A stretch of 44,308 nucleotides of DNA, taken from positions 1-44,308 of the forward strand of contig CAZTEV010000004.1 of the NCBI GenBank assembly GCA_964612785.1, given 5' to 3'. Source of the DNA: an uncultured Roseivivax sp. (GTDB lineage Bacteria > Pseudomonadota > Alphaproteobacteria > Rhodobacterales > Rhodobacteraceae). Shown piece after piece: positions 19,629 to 29,585 of this stretch (position 1 is its first letter; every line of letters begins with the position of its first letter). The position numbers were made by a program, and so were the translations under genes. The notes beneath the pieces are model-generated. The model was not told the DNA's origin and searched no databases. It saw only the letters and a program-made list of their open reading frames with translations.

Positions 19629-20615
19629 TCAGAGCGCGACCGTCTCTGCCCCCTGCTCACGCGCGAGCTTCGCCGCGACCGAGGCGACGGCCAGATCCTG
19701 AAGGCCCACGCCCGTCCCGTCAAACAGCGTGATCTCGTCATCTGAGGTCCGGCCCCTGTGATCGCCGTTGATGACCGCGCCGATGGGGGTGATGTCACCT
19801 TCCTTGATCAGACCCTGCCCCACGGCATGCTGCGCCTCGCCGATGCTGATCGACTGCGCGATCTCGTCGGTGAAGACGGTGGCGCGGGCCAGAAGCGCCG
19901 CGTCGACTTCCTGCTTGCCCTTCGTGTCGGTGCCCATGCAGGCGATATGCGTGCCGGGCTTGATCCAGTCGGCCATCAGCAGGGGCTCGAAGGCCGAGGT
20001 GATGGTGATGATGACATCCGCCTGTGCCCCCAGCTCTTCCTGAGTGACCGCCTCGAATTCAAGGCCGATCTCTTTCGCCACCTCACCCAGTTTCGGCAGC
20101 ATGTCGGGATGCGGGTTCCAGGCGACGACCTTTTCGAAGCCGCGCTGTTCGGCGGCGGCGCGCAGCTGGAACGCGGATTGATGGCCGGCCCCCACCATGC
20201 CCAGCACCTTTGCATCCTTGCGCGCCAGATGCGCGATGGAGACCGAGGACGAGGCCGCCGTGCGCACGGCGGTCAGGTAATTGCCGCCCACCAGCGCTTG
20301 CAGCCGCCCGGTATCGGGATCGAACAGAAAGACGGTCGATTGGTGATTGGTCAGGCCCTTCTCGGCATTGCCGGGCCAGTAGCCGCCCGACTTCAGGCCC
20401 AGCGATCCGCCCACCTTGTCGAAGCCCGACTTGAATCCGTAAAGCGCGTCCGCATAGCCGATGGCTTCGCGGATGACGGGGAAGTTGTAGGCGTCGCCCT
20501 TGGCCATGGCGCCGAAGACCTGCTCCACCGCCGTGAAGGCCGAGGCGCGGTCGACGATCTTCTGGCACATCTCTTCGGTGACGATGACGACGCTGCCGTC
20601 TTTTGCGTGGCTCAT
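19629..20615 (-). CDS. bhcD: iminosuccinate reductase (ornithine cyclodeaminase/mu-crystallin family)
   Basis: NFPVIREAIG, YGFKSGFD, GLKSGGYWPGN, NHQST, GNYLTAVRTAA, GAGHQS, FDGTGVGLQDLA. Last gene of the bhcABCD order. Confidence 0.88.
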   Translation of the reverse strand: MSHAKDGSVVIVTEEMCQKIVDRASAFTAVEQVFGAMAKGDAYNFPVIREAIGYADALYGFKSGFDKVGGSLGLKSGGYWPGNAEKGLTNHQSTVFLFDPDTGRLQALVGGNYLTAVRTAASSSVSIAHLARKDAKVLGMVGAGHQSAFQLRAAAEQRGFEKVVAWNPHPDMLPKLGEVAKEIGLEFEAVTQEELGAQADVIITITSAFEPLLMADWIKPGTHIACMGTDTKGKQEVDAALLARATVFTDEIAQSISIGEAQHAVGQGLIKEGDITPIGAVINGDHRGRTSDDEITLFDGTGVGLQDLAVASVAAKLAREQGAETVAL

Positions 20616-20658
20616 GGTGTTTCCTTCTCGTCCCGCTGTTCTTGTTCTTGGGTCTCGC

Positions 20659-20690
20659 AAAAACGCGCGCCCCGGTTGATGGGACGCGCG
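20659..20690 (-). terminator. terminator-like hairpin between bhcC and bhcD
   Basis: Minus strand CGCGCGTCCC-atcaacc-GGGGCGCGCG followed by TTTTT. Confidence 0.55.
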
Positions 20691-20709
20691 CGGATCACTG
20701 CATCAAAGC

Positions 20710-21873
20710 TCAGTAGGCCTTGCCGCGGGCGGAGACGGGCCAGATCGTCTCGACCTTGCCGTTCCGCAGGCCCACATACCAATCGTGGACGTTGCAGGTC
20801 GGATCGCAATGGCCCGGCACGAGCTTCAGCTTCTCGTTGACCTTGAGATTGCCGTCGGGGTCCGACACGACGCCATGCTCGTCCGAGCATTTGACGTATT
20901 CCACGTCATCGCGCCCGTAGATGAAGGGCAGACCGCTATCCACGGATTGCGCCTTGAGGCCCGCATCGACGATGGCCTTTTCGGCCTTGGCGTGGCTCAT
21001 GACAGAGGTCAGGATGAAGAGCGCGTTTTCCCACTCGCCCTGGTCGATCCGCTTGCCGTCCTTGTCGAGGATGCGGCCGTAATCGGCATCCATGAAGGCG
21101 TAGGAGCCGCATTGCAGCTCGTTATAGACGCCGGAATTCGACTCGAAGTAGTAAGAGCCCGTGCCGCCACCGCCGACGATATCGCATTCAAGGCCTTCTG
21201 CCTTCAGCGTGTCCACGGCGTCCTTGACCATGGCGATGGCGATATCGACCTTGGCCTTGCGGTCCTCGTAGCTGTCCATGTGCTGCATCGCGCCCTGATA
21301 GGCCTGGATGCCGGAAAACTTCAGGCCCGGTGCCGCGTCGATGGCCTTGGCGATCTCGACCACGGCGGGCGTGGTGGTCACGCCGCAGCGGCCCGCGCCG
21401 CAATCGATCTCCACCAGGCACTCGATCTCGGTGCCGTGCTTTTGCGCCGCCGCCGACAGGTCGGCCACGTTCTCGATCTCGTCGACGCAGCAGATGGTGC
21501 GCGCGCCAAGCTTGGGCATGCGGGCCAGACGGTCGATCTTGGCCGGGTCGCGCACCTGGTTCGACACCAGCACGTCCTTGATGCCGCCGCGGGCGAAGAC
21601 CTCGGCCTCGGACACCTTCTGGCAGCAGACGCCGACGGCGCCGCCCAGTTCGACCTGCAGCTTCGCCACATCGACCGATTTGTGCATTTTGCCGTGGACC
21701 CGGTGGCGCATGCCGTGGGCCTTGGCGTAATCGCCCATCTTCTTGATGTTGCGCTCCAGCGCGTCGAGGTCGAGCACCAGGCAGGGCGTCTGCACATCGG
21801 CCTCGTCCATGCCGATGGCTGCGGGGATGTCGTAGCCGACTTCGTATTCGTCGAGATTAACGGTATCTTTCAT
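20710..21873 (-). CDS. bhcC: beta-hydroxyaspartate aldolase (DSD1/alanine-racemase-like PLP enzyme)
   Basis: VGYDIPAAIGM, QTPCLVLDLDALERN, HRVHGKMHKS, CCQKVSEAE, QAYQGAMQH, GGGTGS, ELQCGSYAFMDADY, PGHCDPTCN. 387 aa; RBS AGGAG. Confidence 0.92.
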   Translation of the reverse strand: MKDTVNLDEYEVGYDIPAAIGMDEADVQTPCLVLDLDALERNIKKMGDYAKAHGMRHRVHGKMHKSVDVAKLQVELGGAVGVCCQKVSEAEVFARGGIKDVLVSNQVRDPAKIDRLARMPKLGARTICCVDEIENVADLSAAAQKHGTEIECLVEIDCGAGRCGVTTTPAVVEIAKAIDAAPGLKFSGIQAYQGAMQHMDSYEDRKAKVDIAIAMVKDAVDTLKAEGLECDIVGGGGTGSYYFESNSGVYNELQCGSYAFMDADYGRILDKDGKRIDQGEWENALFILTSVMSHAKAEKAIVDAGLKAQSVDSGLPFIYGRDDVEYVKCSDEHGVVSDPDGNLKVNEKLKLVPGHCDPTCNVHDWYVGLRNGKVETIWPVSARGKAY

Positions 21874-21896
21874 TGTCTCTCTCCTTGTTGGGGGAT

Positions 21897-21918
21897 GGTG
21901 GGTTTTCACCCACCCTAC
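21897..21918 (-). repeat. GTAG-family REP element
   Basis: Minus strand GTAGGGTGGGTGAAAACCCACC: a GTAG head followed by an imperfect palindrome, in the bhcB-bhcC spacer. Confidence 0.65.
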
Positions 21919-21938
21919 GGAGTGTTCGGGCGGCGCGA

Positions 21939-22916
21939 TCAGGCGCCGGTCATCCAGGGCAGCTTGTCGAGATCGACATTGCCGCCGGTGACGATCACGC
22001 CGACGCGGCGGCCGCGATACACCTCGGGGTTCTTGAGGATCACGGCGAGCGGAACCGCACAGGACGGCTCCATCACGATCTTCATGCGCTGCCAGGTGAG
22101 CTTCATCGCGTCGATGATTTCCTGCTCGGACGCGGTCTGCACGTCGGTCACGAAGTTCGACACGAAATGCCAGGTGTTCTCCTTGAGCGGCACCTTGAGC
22201 CCGTCGGCAATCGTGACCGGCGCATCGTCGGCGATGATGTGACCGGCCTTGAAGGACCGCATGGCGTCATCGGCCTGTTCGGGCTCGGCCGCGTAGATCT
22301 TCACGTCGGGCGCGAGGTTTGACAGGGTCAGACAGGTGCCCGAGATCATGCCGCCGCCGCCGATGGGCGCGACCATGGTATCGAGACCCTCGACCTGCTC
22401 CATCAGCTCCGCCGAACAGGTGGCCTGCCCCGCGATCACGCGCGGATCGTTATAGGGATGCACGAATTCCGCGCCGGTTTCCTTCTGCACCTCGGCAAAG
22501 ACCGCCTCGCGACTCGATGTCGAGGGCTCGCATTCGGTGATCTGCCCGCCATAGCCGCGCACGGCGGCCTTCTTGGCCTCGGGTGCGGTCTTGGGCATCA
22601 CGACATAACAGGGAATGCCCCGCCGCCCCGCCGCGTAGGACAAAGACAGCGCGTGATTGCCCGAGCTGTGCGTGCAGACGCCCTTTTCGGCCTGCGCGTC
22701 CGACAGACCGAAGACGGCATTCGTCGCGCCGCGCACCTTGAAGGCGCCCGCCTTCTGGAAGTTCTCGCATTTGAAGAACAGCTCCGCGCCTGTGAGCTCG
22801 TTCAGATAGGACGAGGTCAGGACCGGCGTGTTGTGGATGTAGGGTTTGATCCGCTCATGCGCGGCGCGCATGTCGTCGATCGTCAGCTCGGCGGCTGTGG
22901 TGGTTGCGTCCAGCAT
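21939..22916 (-). CDS. bhcB: beta-hydroxyaspartate dehydratase (Ser/Thr dehydratase family, PLP)
   Basis: FKCENFQKAGAFKVRGA, THSSGNHA, VHPYND..VIAGQAT, PIGGGGMISG, TGGNVDL. Lies between bhcA and bhcC. Confidence 0.9.
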   Translation of the reverse strand: MLDATTTAAELTIDDMRAAHERIKPYIHNTPVLTSSYLNELTGAELFFKCENFQKAGAFKVRGATNAVFGLSDAQAEKGVCTHSSGNHALSLSYAAGRRGIPCYVVMPKTAPEAKKAAVRGYGGQITECEPSTSSREAVFAEVQKETGAEFVHPYNDPRVIAGQATCSAELMEQVEGLDTMVAPIGGGGMISGTCLTLSNLAPDVKIYAAEPEQADDAMRSFKAGHIIADDAPVTIADGLKVPLKENTWHFVSNFVTDVQTASEQEIIDAMKLTWQRMKIVMEPSCAVPLAVILKNPEVYRGRRVGVIVTGGNVDLDKLPWMTGA

Positions 22917-22930
22917 AGCGTCTCCTCCTC

Positions 22931-24121
22931 TCAGGCGGCCGATTTCACGGCGGTCGCATTGCCGCTGCGATAGAAATCCTGTGCCGCGGCCACGCCCGAT
23001 CCCAGGGTGATCGGGTAGTCGAGATCCGCCATCGCCATCTCGATGGCGCCGAGGCCCGACAGGACCATGACGTCGGTCAGACTGCCCAGATGGCCGATGC
23101 GGAAGGCCTTTCCGTTCATCTCGCCCAGGCCGATTCCGAAGGACACCCCGTAGGCGTCGAAGGCATGTTCGGTCAGGACGTTGCTGTCGAAGCCCTTGGG
23201 AACATAGATGGCGCTGACCGTGTCGGAGTAAAGATCCGGGCTTTGCGCCACGAGTTCAAGCCCCCAGGCCTTGGTCGCGCGGCGCACGCCTTCGGCAAGC
23301 CGCGTGTGACGGGCATAGACGTTGTCGAGGCCTTCCTCGAACAGCATCTTCAGGCTTTCGCGCATGCCGTAGATCAGTTGCAGCGGCGGCGTGTAGGGAA
23401 ACCCGCCCGAGGCATTGGCCTTGGTCATGTCGCGGAAATCGAAGAAAGTGCGCGGCAGTTTCGCGCCCTCCATGGCATCGAGCGCCTTCGGGCTGACGCC
23501 CAGGATCGCCATGCCGGTGGCCAGCATGAAACCCTTCTGGGAGCCGGAGACGGCGATGTCGACGCCCCAGGCATCCATCTCGAAGGGCATGGAGGCCAGC
23601 GAGGACACACAATCGACGAACAGCATTGCCGGATGGCTGGCCGCATCCATCGCGGCGCGCACGGCGGCCACGTCGGATTTCACGCCCGTCGCGGTCTCGT
23701 TATGGGTGACGAGGACGGCCTTGATCTCGTGGCCCTTGTCGGCGCTGAGCGCGGCTTCGAACTTGTCGGCAGGCGCCCCCGCGCCCCAGGCGCATTCGAT
23801 GATCTGGACATCGAGCCCGTGCCGCTGGCACAGATCGATCCAGCGATGCGAGAACATGCCGTAGCGCGCGACAAGAACCTTGTCTCCGGGCGACAGCGTG
23901 TTGGTGACCGCCGCTTCCCAGCCGCCCGTGCCCGAGGCCGGAAAGGTGATGACGGTGCCGTCCTTGGTGCCGAACACCTTCTTGGTGTCCTCGAGCACCG
24001 GCGCGAAGGTCTCGACGAAGTCGGGCGCGCGGTGGTCGCGGGTCTGCACATGCATCGCCGACAGAAGCCGCTCGGGGATGTTGGTGGGGCCAGGAATGAA
24101 AACGGGGTTCTGCGTGCTCAT
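22931..24121 (-). CDS. bhcA: aspartate-glyoxylate aminotransferase (class V PLP)
   Basis: MSTQNPVFIPGPTNIP, DHR, SGTGGWE, THNETATGV, SGSQKGFML, PYTPP, FRIGHLG. Confidence 0.92.
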   Translation of the reverse strand: MSTQNPVFIPGPTNIPERLLSAMHVQTRDHRAPDFVETFAPVLEDTKKVFGTKDGTVITFPASGTGGWEAAVTNTLSPGDKVLVARYGMFSHRWIDLCQRHGLDVQIIECAWGAGAPADKFEAALSADKGHEIKAVLVTHNETATGVKSDVAAVRAAMDAASHPAMLFVDCVSSLASMPFEMDAWGVDIAVSGSQKGFMLATGMAILGVSPKALDAMEGAKLPRTFFDFRDMTKANASGGFPYTPPLQLIYGMRESLKMLFEEGLDNVYARHTRLAEGVRRATKAWGLELVAQSPDLYSDTVSAIYVPKGFDSNVLTEHAFDAYGVSFGIGLGEMNGKAFRIGHLGSLTDVMVLSGLGAIEMAMADLDYPITLGSGVAAAQDFYRSGNATAVKSAA

Positions 24122-24160
24122 CGGTGCGATTCTCCCTATGGATGGCCAGAACCTAGACTT

Positions 24161-24288
24161 TCGGAAACCTTTTTCAATTTTCTCGATAACCTGGAATACA
24201 GGCGCATGCAGCGATTTTATATCTTGAAAATCAAAGACTAAGCCTTTCCATTTCTGCGACGCGGAAATTTCTTGAAAAACTTTTTCAA
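24161..24288. promoter_or_regulatory. candidate BhcR operator sites in the bhcA/bhcR divergent promoter
   Basis: Perfect palindrome TTGAAAAA-C-TTTTTCAA at 24272-24288 and a 14/17 copy TCGGAAAC-C-TTTTTCAA at 24161-24177. Confidence 0.55.
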
Positions 24289-24324
24289 AACCCGGACACA
24301 GGGGAACACCTGCAGGAGCGCCCC

Positions 24325-25155
24325 ATGCAAGCCCCCAAACGCCAGCGCGGCCGCCCCAAGTCGCAATTCACCGAAAGCTCTGCCGGCACGCTGCAATCGC
24401 TCGATCGGGCGCTGTCTGTACTGGTGGCGCTGTCACGCGCCGGGCGGATGACGCTGACCGATCTGGCCCTGGCCGTGGGCGTGCCGACGGCCACCACGCA
24501 CCGCATCCTCATGACGCTGCAGAAGCACGATTTCGTGGCCTTCGACGAGGACCGGCAGGATTGGCTCGTCGGGATCGAGGCGTTCCGTACGGGCGCGGCC
24601 TTCCTCAAACGCTCGAACCTCGTGGAGATTGGGCGCCCGGTCATGCAGCTTCTGATGGAAGAGACCGGCGAGACCGCGAACCTGGCCGTGCCGCAGAAGG
24701 CCGAGGTGGTGTTCGTGGGACAGATCGAGACGCTGAACCCGATCCGCGCCTTCTTCCCGCCTGGCACGCGGACGGCCATGCATGCCTCGGGGACCGGCAA
24801 GGCCATCCTCGCCCATTTGCCCGACGACAAGGTGAAGCGGCTGCTTTCGGCTGCGGGGCTTGAACAATTCACGCCCAACACGCGCACCACGCCCGCCGAT
24901 CTCTTCGCGGATCTGGAGCGGACCCGCGCGCGCGGCTGGTCCTTCGACCGCGAAGAACGCTACGAGAGCATGTCCTGCATCGGCTCGGCCATCTTCGACG
25001 AGATGGGCAATCCCTGTGCGGGCGTGTCGATTTCGGGCCCCAGCATCCGCTTTGACGACGACCGGATCGCGACCTTCGGCGCGGCGGTGAAACGCGCAGC
25101 CGACGAAATCACGCACCGGCTGGGCGGCCTGCCCCCGAAACCGCCCGCGTCCTGA
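24325..25155 (+). CDS. bhcR: IclR-family regulator of the bhc cluster
   Basis: N-terminal KRQRGRPK, QSLDRAL, TGETANLA, HASGTGKA, RGWSFDREE, GVSISGP. Divergent from bhcA; RBS AGGAG. Confidence 0.88.
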   Translation: MQAPKRQRGRPKSQFTESSAGTLQSLDRALSVLVALSRAGRMTLTDLALAVGVPTATTHRILMTLQKHDFVAFDEDRQDWLVGIEAFRTGAAFLKRSNLVEIGRPVMQLLMEETGETANLAVPQKAEVVFVGQIETLNPIRAFFPPGTRTAMHASGTGKAILAHLPDDKVKRLLSAAGLEQFTPNTRTTPADLFADLERTRARGWSFDREERYESMSCIGSAIFDEMGNPCAGVSISGPSIRFDDDRIATFGAAVKRAADEITHRLGGLPPKPPAS

Positions 25156-25160
25156 GGCCC

Positions 25161-28100
25161 CTATTCCGCCGCGACCGCCGCAGGCCCGGCCGCCGCCGCC
25201 GCGGGGCGTGCCGACAGCACCAGCCGCAGAAGCGGCGGCACGGTCAGCAGCGTCAGGAAGGCCGACATCGACAGACCGCCGACCACGACCGCGCCCAGCC
25301 CGCGATAAAGCTCTGATCCGGCGCCCGGAAACAGCACGAGCGGCAGCATCCCGCAGATCGAAGTCAGGGTGGACATGAAGATCGGGCGGATCCGGTTGCG
25401 CGTCGCCTCCTCGATCGCATCGACGGGCGCCATGCCCTCCTCGCGCAGATGGTAAAGCGACTGGTGCACGATCAGGATCGCGTTGTTCACCACGATCCCC
25501 ACAAGGATCACGAAACCCAGAAGCGTCAGCATATCCAGCGGTTGCGTGCCCACGAGGTTCAGAACCGCGAGTCCGCCCACCCCGCCCGCCGCCGCCACCG
25601 GCACGGAGATCATCACGACAAGCGGCAGCACGAAGGATTCGAACAGCACCGCCATGACCAGAAAGACGATGACCATGGCCACCGCGAGGTTGATCTGGAT
25701 CGCGTTCCAGGTCTGGGACAACTGGTCCGCCGTGCCCGAGACCGACAGGCGCACGCCCGGCGGCAATCCCTGCGCCTCGAGCGCGCCGATCACGTCGCGT
25801 TGCAACAGCTCCACCGCCGCCTCGAGCGGCAGCGCATCCGAGGGCCGGACCTCCAGCGTCACGGTGCGCAGGCGTTCGAGATGCCGGATCTCGGTCGGAC
25901 CGGCGGTCACGCGGACCTCGGCCAGCTCGGAGGCGGGCACGATCCGGCCCGAAGGCGTCACCACGGGAAAGGCGCCCACATCCTGCGTGCGCAGGCCCGC
26001 CAGCGCGGTATCATCGCCCTTCAGCGTCAGGTCGAGACGGCGGTTGCCCACATTGATCTCGGCCACGCGCAGCCCGTCATTGTAAGCATCGACCGTCGCG
26101 GCCAGATCCTGCGTCGACAGCCCCGCATCGGCGAGCCGCACGCGATCGGGGATCAGCCGCACCTCGGGCGCGCCCAACTCCAGCCCCGGAATGGGCCGGA
26201 ACTGATGCCCTTCGGAGCGCGGCAATTGCTGACCGATGATGCCCGCCGCCTGCCCCGCGACGGAGAGGATATCCTCCAGCTCCTCGCCCGAGATATTGAC
26301 CTCGATCGTGCGGCCCCCGCCGACGCCACGCCCGAAGAGCGACGGCTGCGTCATGAAGCCGAACGTGCCGGGTTCCGCGAAGATGGGCCGCGACAGGATC
26401 GGGATCACATCCGCCACGCGACTGCCATCGACCGCGGCCGCGCCCACGAAGGAATTGCCCGGCGTCGCCACGAAGAAGAACGAACTGAGCGCCGGGCGTC
26501 CATCCTCGGTCTCGGCCTCGGGGCGGGCTTGCCACATGGGCTCGGCCACCGCCTCGATCCGCTGGGCGATGGTCTCGGTCGTATCGAGATTGTAGCCCGG
26601 CGGCGGGATCAGCAGGCCGAAGACAAGGTTCCGGTTGCCCTCGGGCAGGTATTCGAGCTTCGGCAGGAACGCCCAGGCGGCAATCGCCGCCCCCGTGCCG
26701 ATGGCCGCCACCATGACAAGCCCCGCCGCGCGGAACCGCACGGTGAAGCGCACATAGGCCATGATGAGCCAGGAAAAGGCGCGTCCGAAATGGTCGATGC
26801 CGGGCAGCGGAAGGGTCTTGGTCTGGCCGTCTTTCAGCAATCGGCTCGACAGCGCGGGGATCACCGTGACCGCCACCACGAGCGACAGCAGGACCGAGAC
26901 CGAGATCGCGACCGCGATGTCGCGGAAGAGCTGCCCCGCCTCGAGTTGCATGACGAGGATCGGGATGAAGACCATCACGGTCGTCAGCGCCGAGACGAGG
27001 ATCGCCCCCCAGACCTGCTTCGCGCCCAGATAGGCGGCCTCGGCCCGGGATTTGCCTGCCTCGCGCAGGCGGTAGATGTTTTCCAGAACGACGATGGCCG
27101 CATCGACGATCATGCCCACCGCGAAGGCGATGCCTGCCAGCGAGATGACGTTGAGCGTCCGCCCCGTCACCGCCATCGCCACGAAGGTCGCGACGATGGA
27201 CACCGGGATCGCCATGGAAATCACCAGCGTCGCGCGCGGGGAACGCAGGAAGATCAGCAGGATCGAGGCTGCCAGAAGTCCACCGATCCAGATGTTCTGG
27301 GTCACGAGGTCGATGGCGCCTTCGATATAGACCGTCTCGTCATAGACCTGTTCGAGCTGGAGGTTCTGTTCGGCCACCGGGCCCTCGGACAGCTCGGCCA
27401 GGACGGTCTTCACCTCTGCCATGGTGGAGATGACGTTGGCGCCCTGTTCACGCACGATGTTGAAGGCAAGCGCGGGCTCTCCCCGGAAGCGCAGGCGCGC
27501 GGTGCCTTCCTTGTAGGCAAAGCCCACCTGGGCCACATCCGCGACGCGGACCCGCCCGAGCGCACCGGTCCGCCCCTGGCTTTCACTGCGCAGGACAACG
27601 CTTTCGATCGCCTCGACATTGTTCAGATTGCCGTCCGCGCGGACCACATAGCGGCGCTTGCCCTCGTCCACATCGCCAGCCGACAGGCTGATGTTTTCGG
27701 CGCGCAGGCGGTTCACCACGGCGGGAATGGTCAGCCCGAAGCGGGCCAGTTCCGAGGGTTGGATGACGATCTGCAATTCGCGCGCCACGCCCCCGAAGGC
27801 GTTCACGGTCGACACGCCGTCGATCCGTTCGATCCGTTCCTTGATCACGTCCTCGACGAAATCGCCGTATTGCGGCAAGGGGCGCGCGGTGGCTTCGGTG
27901 CCGCGCACGATCACCCAGGCGATGGGGCTGTCATCCGAGCCCGAGGTATTGAGCGTGGGCTCGCCCGCTTCCGCGGGATAGCCGCCCACCCGGTCGAGCC
28001 TGTTCGACACGAGCAGAAGGATATCGCCCATATCCGAGCCCACGGCGAATTCGAGCGTGACCTCGGCCCGGCCCGTGCGGGCGCGGCTGGTCATGATCTC

Positions 28101-28331
28101 GAGCCCTTCGAGCCCGCGGAAGGCGTCCTCCTGCGGGTTGATGATCTCGCGCTCGACCTCGACCGGGGCGGCGCCGGGCCAGTTCGTCTCGACCACCACG
28201 ATGGGTTTGCGCACGTCGGGGGCCAGCTGAACGGGGATGCGCGACAGGGCGAGCACGCCGAACAGCACGGCCATGATGACCACGGCCAGGACCGCGACGG
28301 GCCGTTCGATGGAGGCGCGGATCAGGTCCAT
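25161..28331 (-). CDS. RND efflux permease (AcrB/AcrD/AcrF family)
   Basis: 1056 aa. LNVISLAGIAFAVGMIVDAAIVVLENI, GIVVNNAILIV, RIRPIFMSTLT. Confidence 0.92.
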   Translation of the reverse strand: MDLIRASIERPVAVLAVVIMAVLFGVLALSRIPVQLAPDVRKPIVVVETNWPGAAPVEVEREIINPQEDAFRGLEGLEIMTSRARTGRAEVTLEFAVGSDMGDILLLVSNRLDRVGGYPAEAGEPTLNTSGSDDSPIAWVIVRGTEATARPLPQYGDFVEDVIKERIERIDGVSTVNAFGGVARELQIVIQPSELARFGLTIPAVVNRLRAENISLSAGDVDEGKRRYVVRADGNLNNVEAIESVVLRSESQGRTGALGRVRVADVAQVGFAYKEGTARLRFRGEPALAFNIVREQGANVISTMAEVKTVLAELSEGPVAEQNLQLEQVYDETVYIEGAIDLVTQNIWIGGLLAASILLIFLRSPRATLVISMAIPVSIVATFVAMAVTGRTLNVISLAGIAFAVGMIVDAAIVVLENIYRLREAGKSRAEAAYLGAKQVWGAILVSALTTVMVFIPILVMQLEAGQLFRDIAVAISVSVLLSLVVAVTVIPALSSRLLKDGQTKTLPLPGIDHFGRAFSWLIMAYVRFTVRFRAAGLVMVAAIGTGAAIAAWAFLPKLEYLPEGNRNLVFGLLIPPPGYNLDTTETIAQRIEAVAEPMWQARPEAETEDGRPALSSFFFVATPGNSFVGAAAVDGSRVADVIPILSRPIFAEPGTFGFMTQPSLFGRGVGGGRTIEVNISGEELEDILSVAGQAAGIIGQQLPRSEGHQFRPIPGLELGAPEVRLIPDRVRLADAGLSTQDLAATVDAYNDGLRVAEINVGNRRLDLTLKGDDTALAGLRTQDVGAFPVVTPSGRIVPASELAEVRVTAGPTEIRHLERLRTVTLEVRPSDALPLEAAVELLQRDVIGALEAQGLPPGVRLSVSGTADQLSQTWNAIQINLAVAMVIVFLVMAVLFESFVLPLVVMISVPVAAAGGVGGLAVLNLVGTQPLDMLTLLGFVILVGIVVNNAILIVHQSLYHLREEGMAPVDAIEEATRNRIRPIFMSTLTSICGMLPLVLFPGAGSELYRGLGAVVVGGLSMSAFLTLLTVPPLLRLVLSARPAAAAAGPAAVAAE

Positions 28332-28334
28332 GGA

Positions 28335-29585
28335 TCAGCCCTGCCCGTCTTCGCCGCCCGCCTCGCCCGCGGGTTCGGCGGATTGCGGGGTTGGGGCTTC
28401 GGTGGCGCTGTCGGCCTTCGCGGCCTCGGCCGGGGCGGCCTCCCGGCCCGGGACCTCGCCCTCGCCTCCGCCACCCGGCGGGCCGCCATTCGCAGGCGCG
28501 ATCTGCTGCCCCGGGCGCAGGCGTTCATTGCCGCGCACCACGACCTCGTCGCCCGCGCTGAGACCGGACAGGACCTCGAACCCGCCCGCGAGCGCCGCGC
28601 CGATCTCCACGCTGCGGGGCTGCGCGGTGCCGTCCGCGTTGACGAAGACGCTCCAGCCGCCGGGCGCCTGCACAAGCGCATCCTTCGGCACGACCGTCAC
28701 CTCGCGGGGCGCGCTGATCGGCACGTCGAGCGTGACCGACTGGCCCACCGCCACGTCGCGATCCGCGCCCGCGATGGAAAACCGCACGGGCCGCGTCCGG
28801 GTCGCGGCGAACTCCGTGGGCAGGATCGCGCGCAATTGCAGATCGAGCGCGCCGCCCACATCCGTGCGCGCCGAAACCTGCAGATCGGGGCGCAGCGCGG
28901 CGATGAACCGGGCGGGCACGTTGGCCTCGACCTCGGTCGCGCCCAGATCGAGCAGCGTCGCGACCTGCGTGCCCGCGCCGATATATTCCCCGGTCTGGGC
29001 GCTGACCTGCAGGATCACCGCCTCGAACGGCGCGCGGATCGTGGCGTTGCGCAGCCGGTATTCGGCCTGGGCCAGCGCCGTCTCTGCCGCCTGGATCCGC
29101 GCGCGCGCCTGCTGTTCGGCGCCCAGCGCCGCGTTGTAATCGCCAGAGCGTTCGTCGAACTGGGCCTGCGCGATGGTGGAATTCGCCGCGAGCGCCTCGG
29201 CCCGGCGCAGGGCCTTTTCGGCGCGGTCGCGTTGGGCGGTGGCAACGGTCACGCCGGCCTCCGCGATGGCGATCTCGGCCTGGGCCAGATCGCGGTCGAT
29301 TTCCAGAAATTCGGTATCGAGGCGCGCCAGAACATCGCCCGCCTGCACCCGCTCGCCCACCTGAAGCGGCACGTCGAGGACAATGCCCGCCACCCGTGCT
29401 GCGACCGCGCTTTCGCGGCCCGACACGACCTCGCCGAAGACCTGCACGGTCTCGGCCATGGTGCGCAGGCTCACGGCCTCGGTGGCGACGCTGGCGGGCC
29501 GGCCGCCCTGCGCGGCGGCGATCCCGGGGACCCAAAGGGCGAGACAGGCCAGAAGGGCGAAAACGGGGCGGTAAAGGACGCGCAT
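28335..29585 (-). CDS. RND periplasmic adaptor (membrane fusion protein)
   Basis: N-terminal signal/anchor, VGERVQAGDVLARLD lipoyl half-motif, coiled coil, IRAPFEA, GLSAGDEVVVRG. Start uncertain (29585 or 29657). Confidence 0.88.
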   Translation of the reverse strand: MRVLYRPVFALLACLALWVPGIAAAQGGRPASVATEAVSLRTMAETVQVFGEVVSGRESAVAARVAGIVLDVPLQVGERVQAGDVLARLDTEFLEIDRDLAQAEIAIAEAGVTVATAQRDRAEKALRRAEALAANSTIAQAQFDERSGDYNAALGAEQQARARIQAAETALAQAEYRLRNATIRAPFEAVILQVSAQTGEYIGAGTQVATLLDLGATEVEANVPARFIAALRPDLQVSARTDVGGALDLQLRAILPTEFAATRTRPVRFSIAGADRDVAVGQSVTLDVPISAPREVTVVPKDALVQAPGGWSVFVNADGTAQPRSVEIGAALAGGFEVLSGLSAGDEVVVRGNERLRPGQQIAPANGGPPGGGGEGEVPGREAAPAEAAKADSATEAPTPQSAEPAGEAGGEDGQG

